NCBI GenBank assembly: GCA_037439545.1
Contig: JBBIVV010000006.1
Location: 28,475-69,686 of the forward strand
Reading direction: 5' to 3'
DNA length: 41,212 nt
From: a bacterium
GTDB lineage: Bacteria; JAMCPX01
Shown in pieces: positions 1 through 8,800 of this stretch. The notes beneath the pieces were generated by a model that made no database searches, was not told where the DNA came from, and saw nothing but the letters and a program-made list of their open reading frames with translations. A program made the position numbers and the translations under genes. Every line of letters starts with the position of its first letter. The stretch's first letter is position 1.

Positions 1-144
1 TCATCCGGGGCAGACCTCTCCTATCAGTTTATCGACACATGGTACGTAAGCCTGTCCGATCTTTTTATAGACAACCGCAGTAACCAGGACGCTTATACCT
101 ACCACAGGGACATCGCTTCATTACTTGTAACAAAGGAGTTTTGA
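1..144 (+). CDS. 3' end of an outer-membrane beta-barrel protein, Slam/DUF560-like (partial, runs off window)
   Basis: Not in the ORF track. Frame 1 is open from base 1: SSGADLSYQFIDTWYVSLSDLFIDNRSNQDAYTYHRDIASLLVTKEF-stop(142-144). Amphipathic strands, terminal Phe, and an SN..Y.Y.R......F ending resembling Slam/DUF560 C-termini. Next ATG at 146. Confidence 0.6.
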   Translation, partial: SSGADLSYQFIDTWYVSLSDLFIDNRSNQDAYTYHRDIASLLVTKEF

Positions 145-145
145 T

Positions 146-952
146 ATGATCAAAAAAGCAATCATATGCATCGCGTGCATACTGAACTCTGCCGTAGTTT
201 TTGCCCAACCTATAGGCAACGTAGTGTCCGTGACCGGCAACGCAGTCATAGCCCGACAGGGCAGGGTCTTTGTGCCCTCCACGGGTTCTGACGTATACAG
301 CAGTGATACGGTCACGACCGATTCAACGGGGCACCTGCGGATACTCTTCATAGACAACAGCGTCATAAATATAGGACCCGGGTCAACGATAAATATGGAG
401 CGCTACGAATCATCGCCCTCAAGGCGGCAGGTCCTCTTATCAATGCTCAAGGGAAAAGCAAGGTTTTTGATATCAAAGGTATCGAACATACTCAACGCCT
501 ACGACATAAAAACAGTGACTGCCATAATAGGTATACGGGGGACCGAGTTTATCATCGATATACCCGGTGAAGACAGTACAAAATTATATGTTCTCGACGG
601 CAGCGTAAACCTCGGCAATGCCCAGCAACCGACGGCAACGACGATCCTGGTAAACGCAGGCATGATGAGCATCGTAATAGCCGGGGAGCCTCCTTCACAG
701 CCTGTGGGATATTCAAACCAGGAAATACAGCAATTGCTGAAAGATACCTCCGTACCATTCAGCGATAGTTTTACAGACAGCTATAATCTGGTTCCTCCCC
801 CTCCGCCGGGCACGCAGGGTCCCGGGTATGCCGGGACGGGGCTGCTCAACACACTCCAGCAACCTTTACAACCCCCGGCGCTTGCAAATACAAATACCAA
901 CACCAATGTTAACATCAATGTCGGCACAGATTTTGGCAGAGTAACAAAATAG
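146..952 (+). CDS. Exported FecR-domain protein with Pro-rich tail
   Basis: Signal peptide (..AVVFA-Q). FecR motifs DTVTT...LFIDNSVINIGPGS, GKARF, IKTVTAIIGIRGTEF, LYVLDGSV. AAGGAG RBS at 133-138. Confidence 0.85.
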   Translation: MIKKAIICIACILNSAVVFAQPIGNVVSVTGNAVIARQGRVFVPSTGSDVYSSDTVTTDSTGHLRILFIDNSVINIGPGSTINMERYESSPSRRQVLLSMLKGKARFLISKVSNILNAYDIKTVTAIIGIRGTEFIIDIPGEDSTKLYVLDGSVNLGNAQQPTATTILVNAGMMSIVIAGEPPSQPVGYSNQEIQQLLKDTSVPFSDSFTDSYNLVPPPPPGTQGPGYAGTGLLNTLQQPLQPPALANTNTNTNVNINVGTDFGRVTK

Positions 953-960
953 GAGCAATC

Positions 961-2682
961 ATGAAATACTGTCCATCATACCTTCTCCCGATTGCACTGT
1001 TGTTTATAGCGGCGGTCGGGTGTACGCCGTCGAAAGAGCAGATACCCGTAAATGTCCACATCAGGCTGTTTTCGGAGAGTAGCCTTGACACCCTCGCCAC
1101 CACACAAACCGGCACTGCTTACCTTCCGACGCTCGCGGCACTTCAGTTCCACCTCGGCATGTATGATCTGAAGATAACCGGCACGGACTTTGCGCCCATC
1201 CATATTATAACACCCGCGATAGGCGGTACTATAACGGCCACGGTCTTACCCGGCAGCAACCGGTATTTCTCCTTAACAGCCACACCGGACCATTTGTCCC
1301 TGCCTTCGGTCGGGGAAGTTATGACGTACTTATACTCATACTATTACGGCTTCACCCAGACCGACATAACATCCGCACCGGACCAGGACATAATCATACC
1401 GATGGATGCTGTTCCTCTCTCGGCAACCACGTTCAGCCTTGCCGATTCAACAGGACAGCCCTATTCGCAGAGCGCATACTTGATCATGGAGGACATGGAC
1501 ACCGGTTACCAGCCCCCTGTACCATATTCGTACAACTACTATTACTACTATCAGGGCGTTGCCTATCCCGCCTCTCTGCTCCTGCCTGTCGGTTATAACG
1601 TAAAGGTATACGCCGTTGACGCGCTCAATATGAGTATAGGTACCGCGGAATTGACACCGTTTACATCAACGATCACCCAGACCACCATTACCATGACAGG
1701 GTTCACCCCCACCGCCATATCAGGCTCATACACAGGACATGTATGGGTGGGCGAAGGCGTAACACCGCTTGCACAGCAGGGACTGAGCGTACAGCTCTTT
1801 ACAGAGGGTAACTATATTACCCCGACATTCAGCACAACAACCGATGCCGCGGGCGGCTTTACCCTACGGGACATACCACCGGGCTATAACTATTTCTCTA
1901 TCATCGACCCTCTCACAGGGTACACCATGGTATATAATTATAGCCTTATTACGGTAAGCAATCAGCACATAGAGTCAAGGGTCCCCGTATCCGTCTATAA
2001 CTTATATTTTATCAATGATGAGCTCGGCATCTACAACACCCTGAACGGCGTCAAACTCCTGTGCCTCGCCGTATCGGCAAGGAATACCTATCTGTCGTTT
2101 ACCCCTCCTGCAATCGACGTGCTATTAACGCTGTCATTTATGACACAGACGATCGGCTCTATGGTCGTTCCGTTCTCCGCAACAGACTACCCGTACACGG
2201 TTGTTTTCGATGCAACCCCCATCACGGGACTAAACAATTACTATTCGCTCTTGTCCATGCTGCCGGACGGAAGCGCCGGCTTTGTCTACGGAGGTAACTC
2301 CATACCGGCGAATGCCGTAATCCCTCTGCCGAATACGCCTGTCATAAACCAGCAGGGAACCAAAATTGCCATGAATACGGTTGTCGTCACCTTCCCAGTT
2401 CCGGCACTGCCCTACTATACAATATGGGCGGGCATCTATGATGTGACTGACAGTCCGGGAAACATCCCATCGGGGATAGATACGGCGGTAGCTTCCACCT
2501 ACATCACAAAGACGGCATCATTCACGCCTGCGCCGTTTACCGGCAATTTTATACACAATCACACCTATGTGGCGGTGGTGAGGTTTTTTGATGCGGACCT
2601 TACGAATTTTACAATCTCCCAGTCATATCCGGGTCAGGTGGACGCGTCAGAAGCGGTTTCAACTCCCCTCGTATATCAATAA
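961..2682 (+). CDS. Predicted surface lipoprotein, Thr/Tyr/Pro-rich, with a carboxypeptidase-regulatory/prealbumin-like beta-sandwich
   Basis: Lipobox AVG-C21; AGGAG RBS; motif STTTDAAGGFTLRDIPPGY; predominantly beta-type composition. Confidence 0.7.
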   Translation: MKYCPSYLLPIALLFIAAVGCTPSKEQIPVNVHIRLFSESSLDTLATTQTGTAYLPTLAALQFHLGMYDLKITGTDFAPIHIITPAIGGTITATVLPGSNRYFSLTATPDHLSLPSVGEVMTYLYSYYYGFTQTDITSAPDQDIIIPMDAVPLSATTFSLADSTGQPYSQSAYLIMEDMDTGYQPPVPYSYNYYYYYQGVAYPASLLLPVGYNVKVYAVDALNMSIGTAELTPFTSTITQTTITMTGFTPTAISGSYTGHVWVGEGVTPLAQQGLSVQLFTEGNYITPTFSTTTDAAGGFTLRDIPPGYNYFSIIDPLTGYTMVYNYSLITVSNQHIESRVPVSVYNLYFINDELGIYNTLNGVKLLCLAVSARNTYLSFTPPAIDVLLTLSFMTQTIGSMVVPFSATDYPYTVVFDATPITGLNNYYSLLSMLPDGSAGFVYGGNSIPANAVIPLPNTPVINQQGTKIAMNTVVVTFPVPALPYYTIWAGIYDVTDSPGNIPSGIDTAVASTYITKTASFTPAPFTGNFIHNHTYVAVVRFFDADLTNFTISQSYPGQVDASEAVSTPLVYQ

Positions 2683-2772
2683 TATCGGGTGACCAGCAGT
2701 GGAGAGGTTCGCTGATGCCCCCGGGCACCGGTGTGTACAGATAAATCGGCTTGTCCACCCCCGCCGGGCTTT

Positions 2773-2874
2773 ACCCCGTTAGAAAGCACCACCATATATA
2801 GCGGGGATAATATGATAATTTTTAATTCCTTATAGAAAGGGCGTGGTTTAAAGGCACGTCCTTTCTCACGGAGT
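2773..2874 (+). mobile_element. ~102-bp MITE/REPIN-like element, copy 1
   Basis: Imperfect terminal inverted repeats ACCCCGTTAGAAAG (2773-2786) and CTTTCTCACGGAGT (2861-2874). Interior aligns with 19345-19445 on the reverse strand. Internal hairpin AGAAAGGGCGTG..CACGTCCTTTCT. Confidence 0.65.
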
Positions 2875-4380
2875 TTACTCTTTTTTGTAGAACAGTGCGA
2901 TCTCTTTAACGAGTGATTCGATTGTATACGATGAGGGCTGAATTTTAGCTTCAAGACCCATGTCATGAACTGTTTTAGCCGTAATGGGACCGATGCATCC
3001 TATATCGGCATGCTCCAGTATTTTGAAAGCACTCTCTCCAAACATTTCAAAAAAGTTTTTCACCGTTGACGAACTTGTAAAGAGGGCGGTATCCACGCCG
3101 TCTTTGATAAAGGACTGCATGTCTTGATTTATCTCCGCTCTCATTGTCTTGTAAACAGGAACGACAGTCACTTCGGCTCCCATTTTTATGAGTTCATCTA
3201 TCAAGAGCGTCCTTGCTTCCTGAGCCCTTGGTATGAGTATTCTTTTCCCACCCACCGTGCCTTCGAGCATGTCAATGAGTCCCTCAGCCCTGAATTCTTC
3301 AGGTACCTGGTTTACCCGTATTTTTAGATCTTCTATTGCCTTTGCAGTTTTAGGACCAATCGCTATGATCTTTGCACTTCCAAAAGACCTGATATCTTTA
3401 CCGGACGCCCATAACCTGTCTATGAACCTTTTTACTGCATTTGCACTCGTAAATATTATGGTGTCATACGTGGCAAGCCCTTTTATAGCCGTATCGAGGG
3501 GCGCATAATCATCGGGTGCCGTGATCTGAATTGTAGGCTGCTCGATGACAAACGCACCGAGCAATTCAAGAGATTGTTTCAAAGATGCGCTGTCCTTTTC
3601 AGCCCTTGTGACAAGTACTTTCCTGCCAAATAACGGAAGATGTTCGAACCAGTTTAATTCCTCACGCAGTTTAACCACCTTGCCGATTATGATGAGGGCG
3701 GGTGTAAGGAAGGGTTTGTGAGTCTCCTCGATTATATCTTTTAATGTGCATACGGAAGTCGACTGCAGCGGCGTCGTACCCCACCTGATAACTCCTACCG
3801 CATCATGTATATCTCTGCCGTTGTTCACGAGCTTCTGTGCTATCTGTTTTATCTGTGCAACGCCCATCAGCACGACAATCGTATCGATTTTTGCAATAGC
3901 ATTCCAGTTATGCTCGTCAATACCTTCTTTCGTATGCTTATGCCCTGTAATTATGACTACGGACGATGAAAAATCCCTGTGCGTAAGGGGAATGCCGGCG
4001 TAGAGAGGTACGGCATTTATTGACGATACGCCTGAAATAATTTCAAAATCTATCCCTTCTTCAGCCAGTGCAAGAGCTTCTTCCCCGCCCCTTCCGAAAA
4101 GGAAAGGATCTCCGCCTTTAAGCCTAAGCACATTGTATCCGGCCATTGCCTTCTCTATCAATATTCCGTTGATCTCGTCCTGTGATTTCAGGTGCTTCCC
4201 CGACATCTTCCCTGCATATATCAGTTCAATCGATTCCTTTGCGAACTTCAAAACATCTTTATTGATAAGGTGGTCATAGATTATTACATCGGCAGACTTT
4301 ATGCGGTTTATAACCTTCAGCGTTAAAAGTTCCGGATCTCCCGGTCCTGCGCCTGCAATGTATACTTTACCTTTTCCCAT
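2875..4380 (-). CDS. cobA: Fused uroporphyrinogen-III C-methyltransferase / uroporphyrinogen-III synthase
   Basis: GKVYIAGAGPGDPELLT and RLKGGDPFLFGRGGEE, followed by a HemD domain (PLFGRKVLVTR, FTSANAV, FTSSSTV, CIGPITA). Start moved to ATG 4380, next to the hemC stop. Confidence 0.95.
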   Translation of the reverse strand: MGKGKVYIAGAGPGDPELLTLKVINRIKSADVIIYDHLINKDVLKFAKESIELIYAGKMSGKHLKSQDEINGILIEKAMAGYNVLRLKGGDPFLFGRGGEEALALAEEGIDFEIISGVSSINAVPLYAGIPLTHRDFSSSVVIITGHKHTKEGIDEHNWNAIAKIDTIVVLMGVAQIKQIAQKLVNNGRDIHDAVGVIRWGTTPLQSTSVCTLKDIIEETHKPFLTPALIIIGKVVKLREELNWFEHLPLFGRKVLVTRAEKDSASLKQSLELLGAFVIEQPTIQITAPDDYAPLDTAIKGLATYDTIIFTSANAVKRFIDRLWASGKDIRSFGSAKIIAIGPKTAKAIEDLKIRVNQVPEEFRAEGLIDMLEGTVGGKRILIPRAQEARTLLIDELIKMGAEVTVVPVYKTMRAEINQDMQSFIKDGVDTALFTSSSTVKNFFEMFGESAFKILEHADIGCIGPITAKTVHDMGLEAKIQPSSYTIESLVKEIALFYKKE

Positions 4381-4381
4381 C

Positions 4382-5281
4382 TTACAATCCCAATATCTTT
4401 GATGCTCCAAGACCGAGCAAATCCTCTGCAAGCCTGACGCCTATGCTATATGCCAGCTTTTTATGATCAGACACGCTGCTCTGATAAAACATATCACCAC
4501 CGGGGTTTGCGATAAAACCGGTCATTCCGATACGGTCTCCGGATATGACGGCGTGCGCACCTATGGGAACCTGACAGTTGCCGCCAAGCCTTGTGATGAA
4601 ACCTCTTTCTGCCTGTGCCCTTAAAAAGGTCTCCGGATGATTCAGCTTATCAAGCACCGGTCTTATCATACCGTTGTCCTTATGCACTTCTATCGCTATT
4701 ATGCCCTGGCCGGCAGCAGGAATAATATCGAGCCTTTCAATGAACTCCGGTTTTATACCAAGCCTGTTTATGCCTGCATAGGCAATGACAATTGCGTCGT
4801 ACGACCCTGAATTCAGCTTTTTTATACGGGTATCTATGTTACCTCTGAGCATTTCAAACCTAAGGCTGGAGTTCAATCTTTTCAACTGAATTATCCTTCT
4901 TAAACTTGTCGTACCGATAATGGCATCGCGCTTTAATCCGGACAATGTTGTCTGATGATTGAACACTATGGCATCCCATGGTTCTTCTGCAGGCGGCGTT
5001 GCCGCTATAAAGAGGCCATCGGGTATCTCTGCGGGCATATCTTTCATACTGTGAACCGCAACATCGATGTCCCCGGATAACAATGCCTTTTCTATCTCTT
5101 TCACAAACAACCCCTTACCTCCTATCTGGGTCAATGATACGTCCTGAATGGCATCACCGGATGTTTTTATGACCACGAGCTCGACATCGCAGGTTTTGTC
5201 TACTCCCTGAATAAGGGATTGCATGTAATGGGCCTGCCATAAAGCAAGCTTACTGCCTCTTGTGCCAATACGTACCTTCAT
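4382..5281 (-). CDS. hemC: Porphobilinogen deaminase (hydroxymethylbilane synthase)
   Basis: IGTRGSKLALWQA, GGKGLFVKEIE, AVHSMKDMP, GTTSLRR, RGNIDTR, GGNCQVPIG. Confidence 0.97.
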   Translation of the reverse strand: MKVRIGTRGSKLALWQAHYMQSLIQGVDKTCDVELVVIKTSGDAIQDVSLTQIGGKGLFVKEIEKALLSGDIDVAVHSMKDMPAEIPDGLFIAATPPAEEPWDAIVFNHQTTLSGLKRDAIIGTTSLRRIIQLKRLNSSLRFEMLRGNIDTRIKKLNSGSYDAIVIAYAGINRLGIKPEFIERLDIIPAAGQGIIAIEVHKDNGMIRPVLDKLNHPETFLRAQAERGFITRLGGNCQVPIGAHAVISGDRIGMTGFIANPGGDMFYQSSVSDHKKLAYSIGVRLAEDLLGLGASKILGL

Positions 5282-6537
5282 ATTCTGAATATCTTCTTTA
5301 AAAGCGATATTTCCTTCAAAACTTCACCTCGTTTATGGACATCTTTTATCTCTGTAATCGGTTCGTGCAGAAGTTTATTTATTATACCTCTTGACATTGC
5401 ATCCATGACTTCCAGCTCCTTCGATGAAAGGTGAGGAAGCTTTGCCATTGCCTCTTTTAATTCCTGCTGTCTCACTGCTTCAAATTTTTCTTTTAATGAT
5501 ACAATCGTCGGAACAAGCGAAAGCTCTCCGAGCCATCCTAAAAACTTGCCGACCTCATCTTTAATAAGTTGCTCTGCTTCATGCGCTGCTTTCTCGCGCT
5601 CTTTTAAATTCTGGTTCGTAACACTTTTAAGATCATCTATATCGAACAGGAATATGCTCTCAAATGATGCTATGGAAGGCTCTATGTTCCTCGGCACGGA
5701 TATATCTATAAAGAATAAAGGCTTATTCTGCCTTGCCTTGATGATTTTAGCCATTCTGTCGTTCGTTACAAGGTAATGATCCGCTGAAGTGGAGCATATA
5801 ACGATATCGACGTCCATAAGCTCGTCATATAGTTCATCAAACTCGACAGCACTACCGTTCAATTTAACCGCCAGTTCCGATGCATGCGCAAATGTCCTGC
5901 TCAGCACGGTAAGTTTCGATGCACCGGCATCTTTCAGATATTTTGCGGCATCTTCTGCCATATCACCTGCACCCATGAGGAGAACCTTTTTGCCGGTCAG
6001 TTTTCCAAATATTTTTTTTGCAAGCTCGACTGCAACAGAACTTACCGATACGGTGTATAGTCCGATATCGGTGTATGTCCTTACCTTTTTAGCAATACCG
6101 AAAGACCTGTGCATGAGCCTGTTTAATATTGGTCCTGTCGTGGAATTGTAGGATGCAGTCCTGTAAGCCTCCTTTGTTTGGCCAAGTATCTGCGCCTCTC
6201 CTATGACCATGGAATCAAGACTGCTTGCAACCCTGAATACATGTGTTACCCCGTCCGAATCGATATGATTATAAAGGTATGAAGAAAGGACAGATTTATC
6301 GACCGAACTCACTTCGCTCATCAACGACTTTATGATATCCGCTGCCCGGTCAGTATCCTCACAAATTACATAAAACTCTATGCGGTTGCATGTCGACAGG
6401 ACAACGGCCTCCGATATATCACTCGATGATAATAACTTCTGAAGAACAGAAGGCAATTCCGTTTCCGTAAAGCTGAGTTTTTCTCTCAATTCTACAGGTG
6501 CTGTTTTATGATTCAAACCAATGACAAGTAGTTTCAT
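5278..6537 (-). CDS. hemA: Glutamyl-tRNA reductase
   Basis: GLNHKTAPVELRE, LSTCNRIE, SSLDSMVIGEAQILGQ, GAGDMA, DISVPRNIEP. Confidence 0.97.
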   Translation of the reverse strand: MKLLVIGLNHKTAPVELREKLSFTETELPSVLQKLLSSSDISEAVVLSTCNRIEFYVICEDTDRAADIIKSLMSEVSSVDKSVLSSYLYNHIDSDGVTHVFRVASSLDSMVIGEAQILGQTKEAYRTASYNSTTGPILNRLMHRSFGIAKKVRTYTDIGLYTVSVSSVAVELAKKIFGKLTGKKVLLMGAGDMAEDAAKYLKDAGASKLTVLSRTFAHASELAVKLNGSAVEFDELYDELMDVDIVICSTSADHYLVTNDRMAKIIKARQNKPLFFIDISVPRNIEPSIASFESIFLFDIDDLKSVTNQNLKEREKAAHEAEQLIKDEVGKFLGWLGELSLVPTIVSLKEKFEAVRQQELKEAMAKLPHLSSKELEVMDAMSRGIINKLLHEPITEIKDVHKRGEVLKEISLLKKIFRI

Positions 6538-6540
6538 AGC

Positions 6541-7347
6541 TTAGAAATTATGATAACCTTTGAATAGGAAATTCACTCCTATGAATGCAAAAATAATAAC
6601 CATAAAACATACAATAGTTCCCCATGCAAATTTTTTCCCTCTCCAGCCGAGGCTTATTCTTGCGTGAAGAATAAATATATACGCAAGCCATATAATGAGC
6701 GACCATGTCTCTTTTGGATCCCAATTCCAGTAGCTCCCGAATGCCCTGTCTGCCCATAATGAGCCCGTTATAATCCCGAGCGTAAAGAAAGGCATTCCGA
6801 TAGTCAATGTCTTGTACCCGAGATTATCGAGTATAAATAAGGACGGGAGCCATCTGGTAAGCCAGATTATACGTTTGTGCTTTAACCATGTTTCCTGGAA
6901 CAGATACATGAGCGATGAGACAAAAGACAATGCAAAAAGTCCGTAAGCAGTGACGGATAAGAGAACGTGGATGGGAAAAATATTCGTATTAAAAATCGGA
7001 TTTAATTCCTTTATATGTTCCTGTAACGTCATGGATACCGCTACCAGCACCGCTATAATCGGAGCAGAGAAACCAATAATCGAAGCTGTACCGCTGAAGA
7101 TTACAGATACAAGTATAGTTCCGATGCCAAGAGCCCATGCAAACATAAACAAAGCATATTTAAGGGAAAATATAGGAAATACGCCGTAATGCCTGTAAAA
7201 CTGAACCATGACTATTGTCTGCAGCACGATTGATACGGTTATAAAAACCTTCGCCGCTACTTCAAGTTTCCTGCTCCTGGAGACGGCACAGGCAATACTT
7301 GTGAACGCTGCAGCGACATAGAGTATGATTATGAGAGGGGTCATCAT
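6541..7347 (-). CDS. ccsA: Cytochrome c biogenesis protein, CcsA/CcmC/HemX family
   Basis: Multiple TM helices; WWD motif GSLWADRAFGSYWNWDPKETWS; conserved His in PIHV and C-terminal GYHNF. Confidence 0.88.
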   Translation of the reverse strand: MMTPLIIILYVAAAFTSIACAVSRSRKLEVAAKVFITVSIVLQTIVMVQFYRHYGVFPIFSLKYALFMFAWALGIGTILVSVIFSGTASIIGFSAPIIAVLVAVSMTLQEHIKELNPIFNTNIFPIHVLLSVTAYGLFALSFVSSLMYLFQETWLKHKRIIWLTRWLPSLFILDNLGYKTLTIGMPFFTLGIITGSLWADRAFGSYWNWDPKETWSLIIWLAYIFILHARISLGWRGKKFAWGTIVCFMVIIFAFIGVNFLFKGYHNF

Positions 7348-8009
7348 TTTTTCTTAAGATAATCTTTTTCAGACGAAAGCACAATTTCATCTATGTAATG
7401 GTTCATTGACTTATTATCCTTATCTTTTATATATCCTGCGAGTCTTTTCAGTGAGATTTTTTTTAACACCTGTTCGATATTTATATCGATCCCGCCTCTT
7501 TTTCTATTTAATAACCTCTTTCTGGCTCTTATTATAGTATTGATGAGTTTTATATATTCCCTGGTTATTAACTCATCAATCCTTTTCTTTAAAAGCACCG
7601 AAGCATATGGTGCAGCACCTTCAGTCGATATCGTAATCGTAATCTTTCCTCTTCTTAATACTGCTGGCATTATAAAATCACAAGAAGCAGGCTTATCTAC
7701 AACATTGACAAGCGTATGCATTGATCTTGTCGCATGAAAGACCTTTTCATTTACAGCATCGTCGTCAGTAGCCGCAAAAACAAGATACATTCCTTTGAGA
7801 TCTGACTGCTTATAGGTCCTTTTTACAAGATTTATCCTGCCTTTTTGTGCCAGCCTTTTTATTCCATCAATCACACCGGGTGCAACTACTTTTACCTCGG
7901 CACCGCATTGAAGCAGGTGCATGACTTTCCGGTATGCAACATTACCGCCGCCTATCAAAAGGCATTTCTTCCCTTTCATATTAAGGGCTATTGGATAATA
8001 TTTATGCAT
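7344..8009 (-). CDS. Precorrin-2 dehydrogenase / sirohydrochlorin ferrochelatase (SirC/Met8/CysG-N family)
   Basis: YYPIALNM.GKKCLLIGGGNVAYRK, FAATDD, VNVVDKPASCDFIMPA, ISTEG. Confidence 0.92.
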   Translation of the reverse strand: MHKYYPIALNMKGKKCLLIGGGNVAYRKVMHLLQCGAEVKVVAPGVIDGIKRLAQKGRINLVKRTYKQSDLKGMYLVFAATDDDAVNEKVFHATRSMHTLVNVVDKPASCDFIMPAVLRRGKITITISTEGAAPYASVLLKKRIDELITREYIKLINTIIRARKRLLNRKRGGIDINIEQVLKKISLKRLAGYIKDKDNKSMNHYIDEIVLSSEKDYLKKK

Positions 8010-8014
8010 ATCTC

Positions 8015-8602
8015 TTAGAAGCTAAGTCCGAATCCCATACTCATAAATAGGCCGTTCATTTCGATACTTCCTACCTTTGCTATGGTTACCGGAAGGTACT
8101 GATACCCCATATCCATATTCAGCAAAAAGCTCGGTATTTGGTATTCAAATAATATATTTGCACCAAGCCCTGTCCTCAACCCCAAGGCATAAAAATTATT
8201 GCTTGTCTGGGAATCCTGATAGGTCATGGACGAGTTAATCATGGTATAATTGAGGAGTGAAAAAAGATAGGGGGTTATCCGGTAGGCATTCGGCAACTTG
8301 ACCTTTATGCCCGTATCAATCGACGGCAGGATCGTTATTTTATCATATACAATACCTTCCGGCGTACTGGCGAGCATGGTTTCGCTGTTCGATTGCTGCG
8401 CCGTCCTTCCCCTTATATCCATGCACAGCCACCGGTGATACAAATTGAAACTATAGCTTAACTGTATCGTGGTAGAAGGATTTGAAAGAACATTCAGGGG
8501 CTGCGAGAAATTAAGGTTGTCCGACGACATAACTATTTCATCGGCATGTACATGGACACTCAGAAACACGACCCATAATATTGTAAGTATAATTTTTCTC
8601 AT
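8015..8602 (-). CDS. Small outer-membrane beta-barrel protein (OmpW/OmpA-barrel-like)
   Basis: Signal peptide MRKIILTILWVVFLSVHVHA-D from ATG 8602 (alternative TTG 8629). ITPYL strand; C-terminal beta-signal LFMSMGFGLSF. Confidence 0.65.
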   Translation of the reverse strand: MRKIILTILWVVFLSVHVHADEIVMSSDNLNFSQPLNVLSNPSTTIQLSYSFNLYHRWLCMDIRGRTAQQSNSETMLASTPEGIVYDKITILPSIDTGIKVKLPNAYRITPYLFSLLNYTMINSSMTYQDSQTSNNFYALGLRTGLGANILFEYQIPSFLLNMDMGYQYLPVTIAKVGSIEMNGLFMSMGFGLSF

Positions 8603-8800
8603 TATTGTTTTAACATTTGCTTTCTTCAATAGCTATACTTACAAACATAACTCATTTAATCCGGAAAAAGCAACAACTCAGGTCTGCATCACATCAACAG
8701 GGGTGACCTGGCCCATTATTTTCAAGAGTACCGGATCGCCCCTATAAAATTCAACGCTAATCATGTCCTCTATTTTTTAATATATTTTTGATCTCAGTGC

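Noticed and set aside
2676..2966. 96-aa minus-strand ORF
   Set aside because: Overlaps the cobA-hemD end and reads through the repeat element (LSNGV is the translated inverted repeat); likely spurious.
4381..4431. N-terminal extension of the cobA-hemD ORF
   Set aside because: It lies within hemC; ATG 4380 matches the family start.
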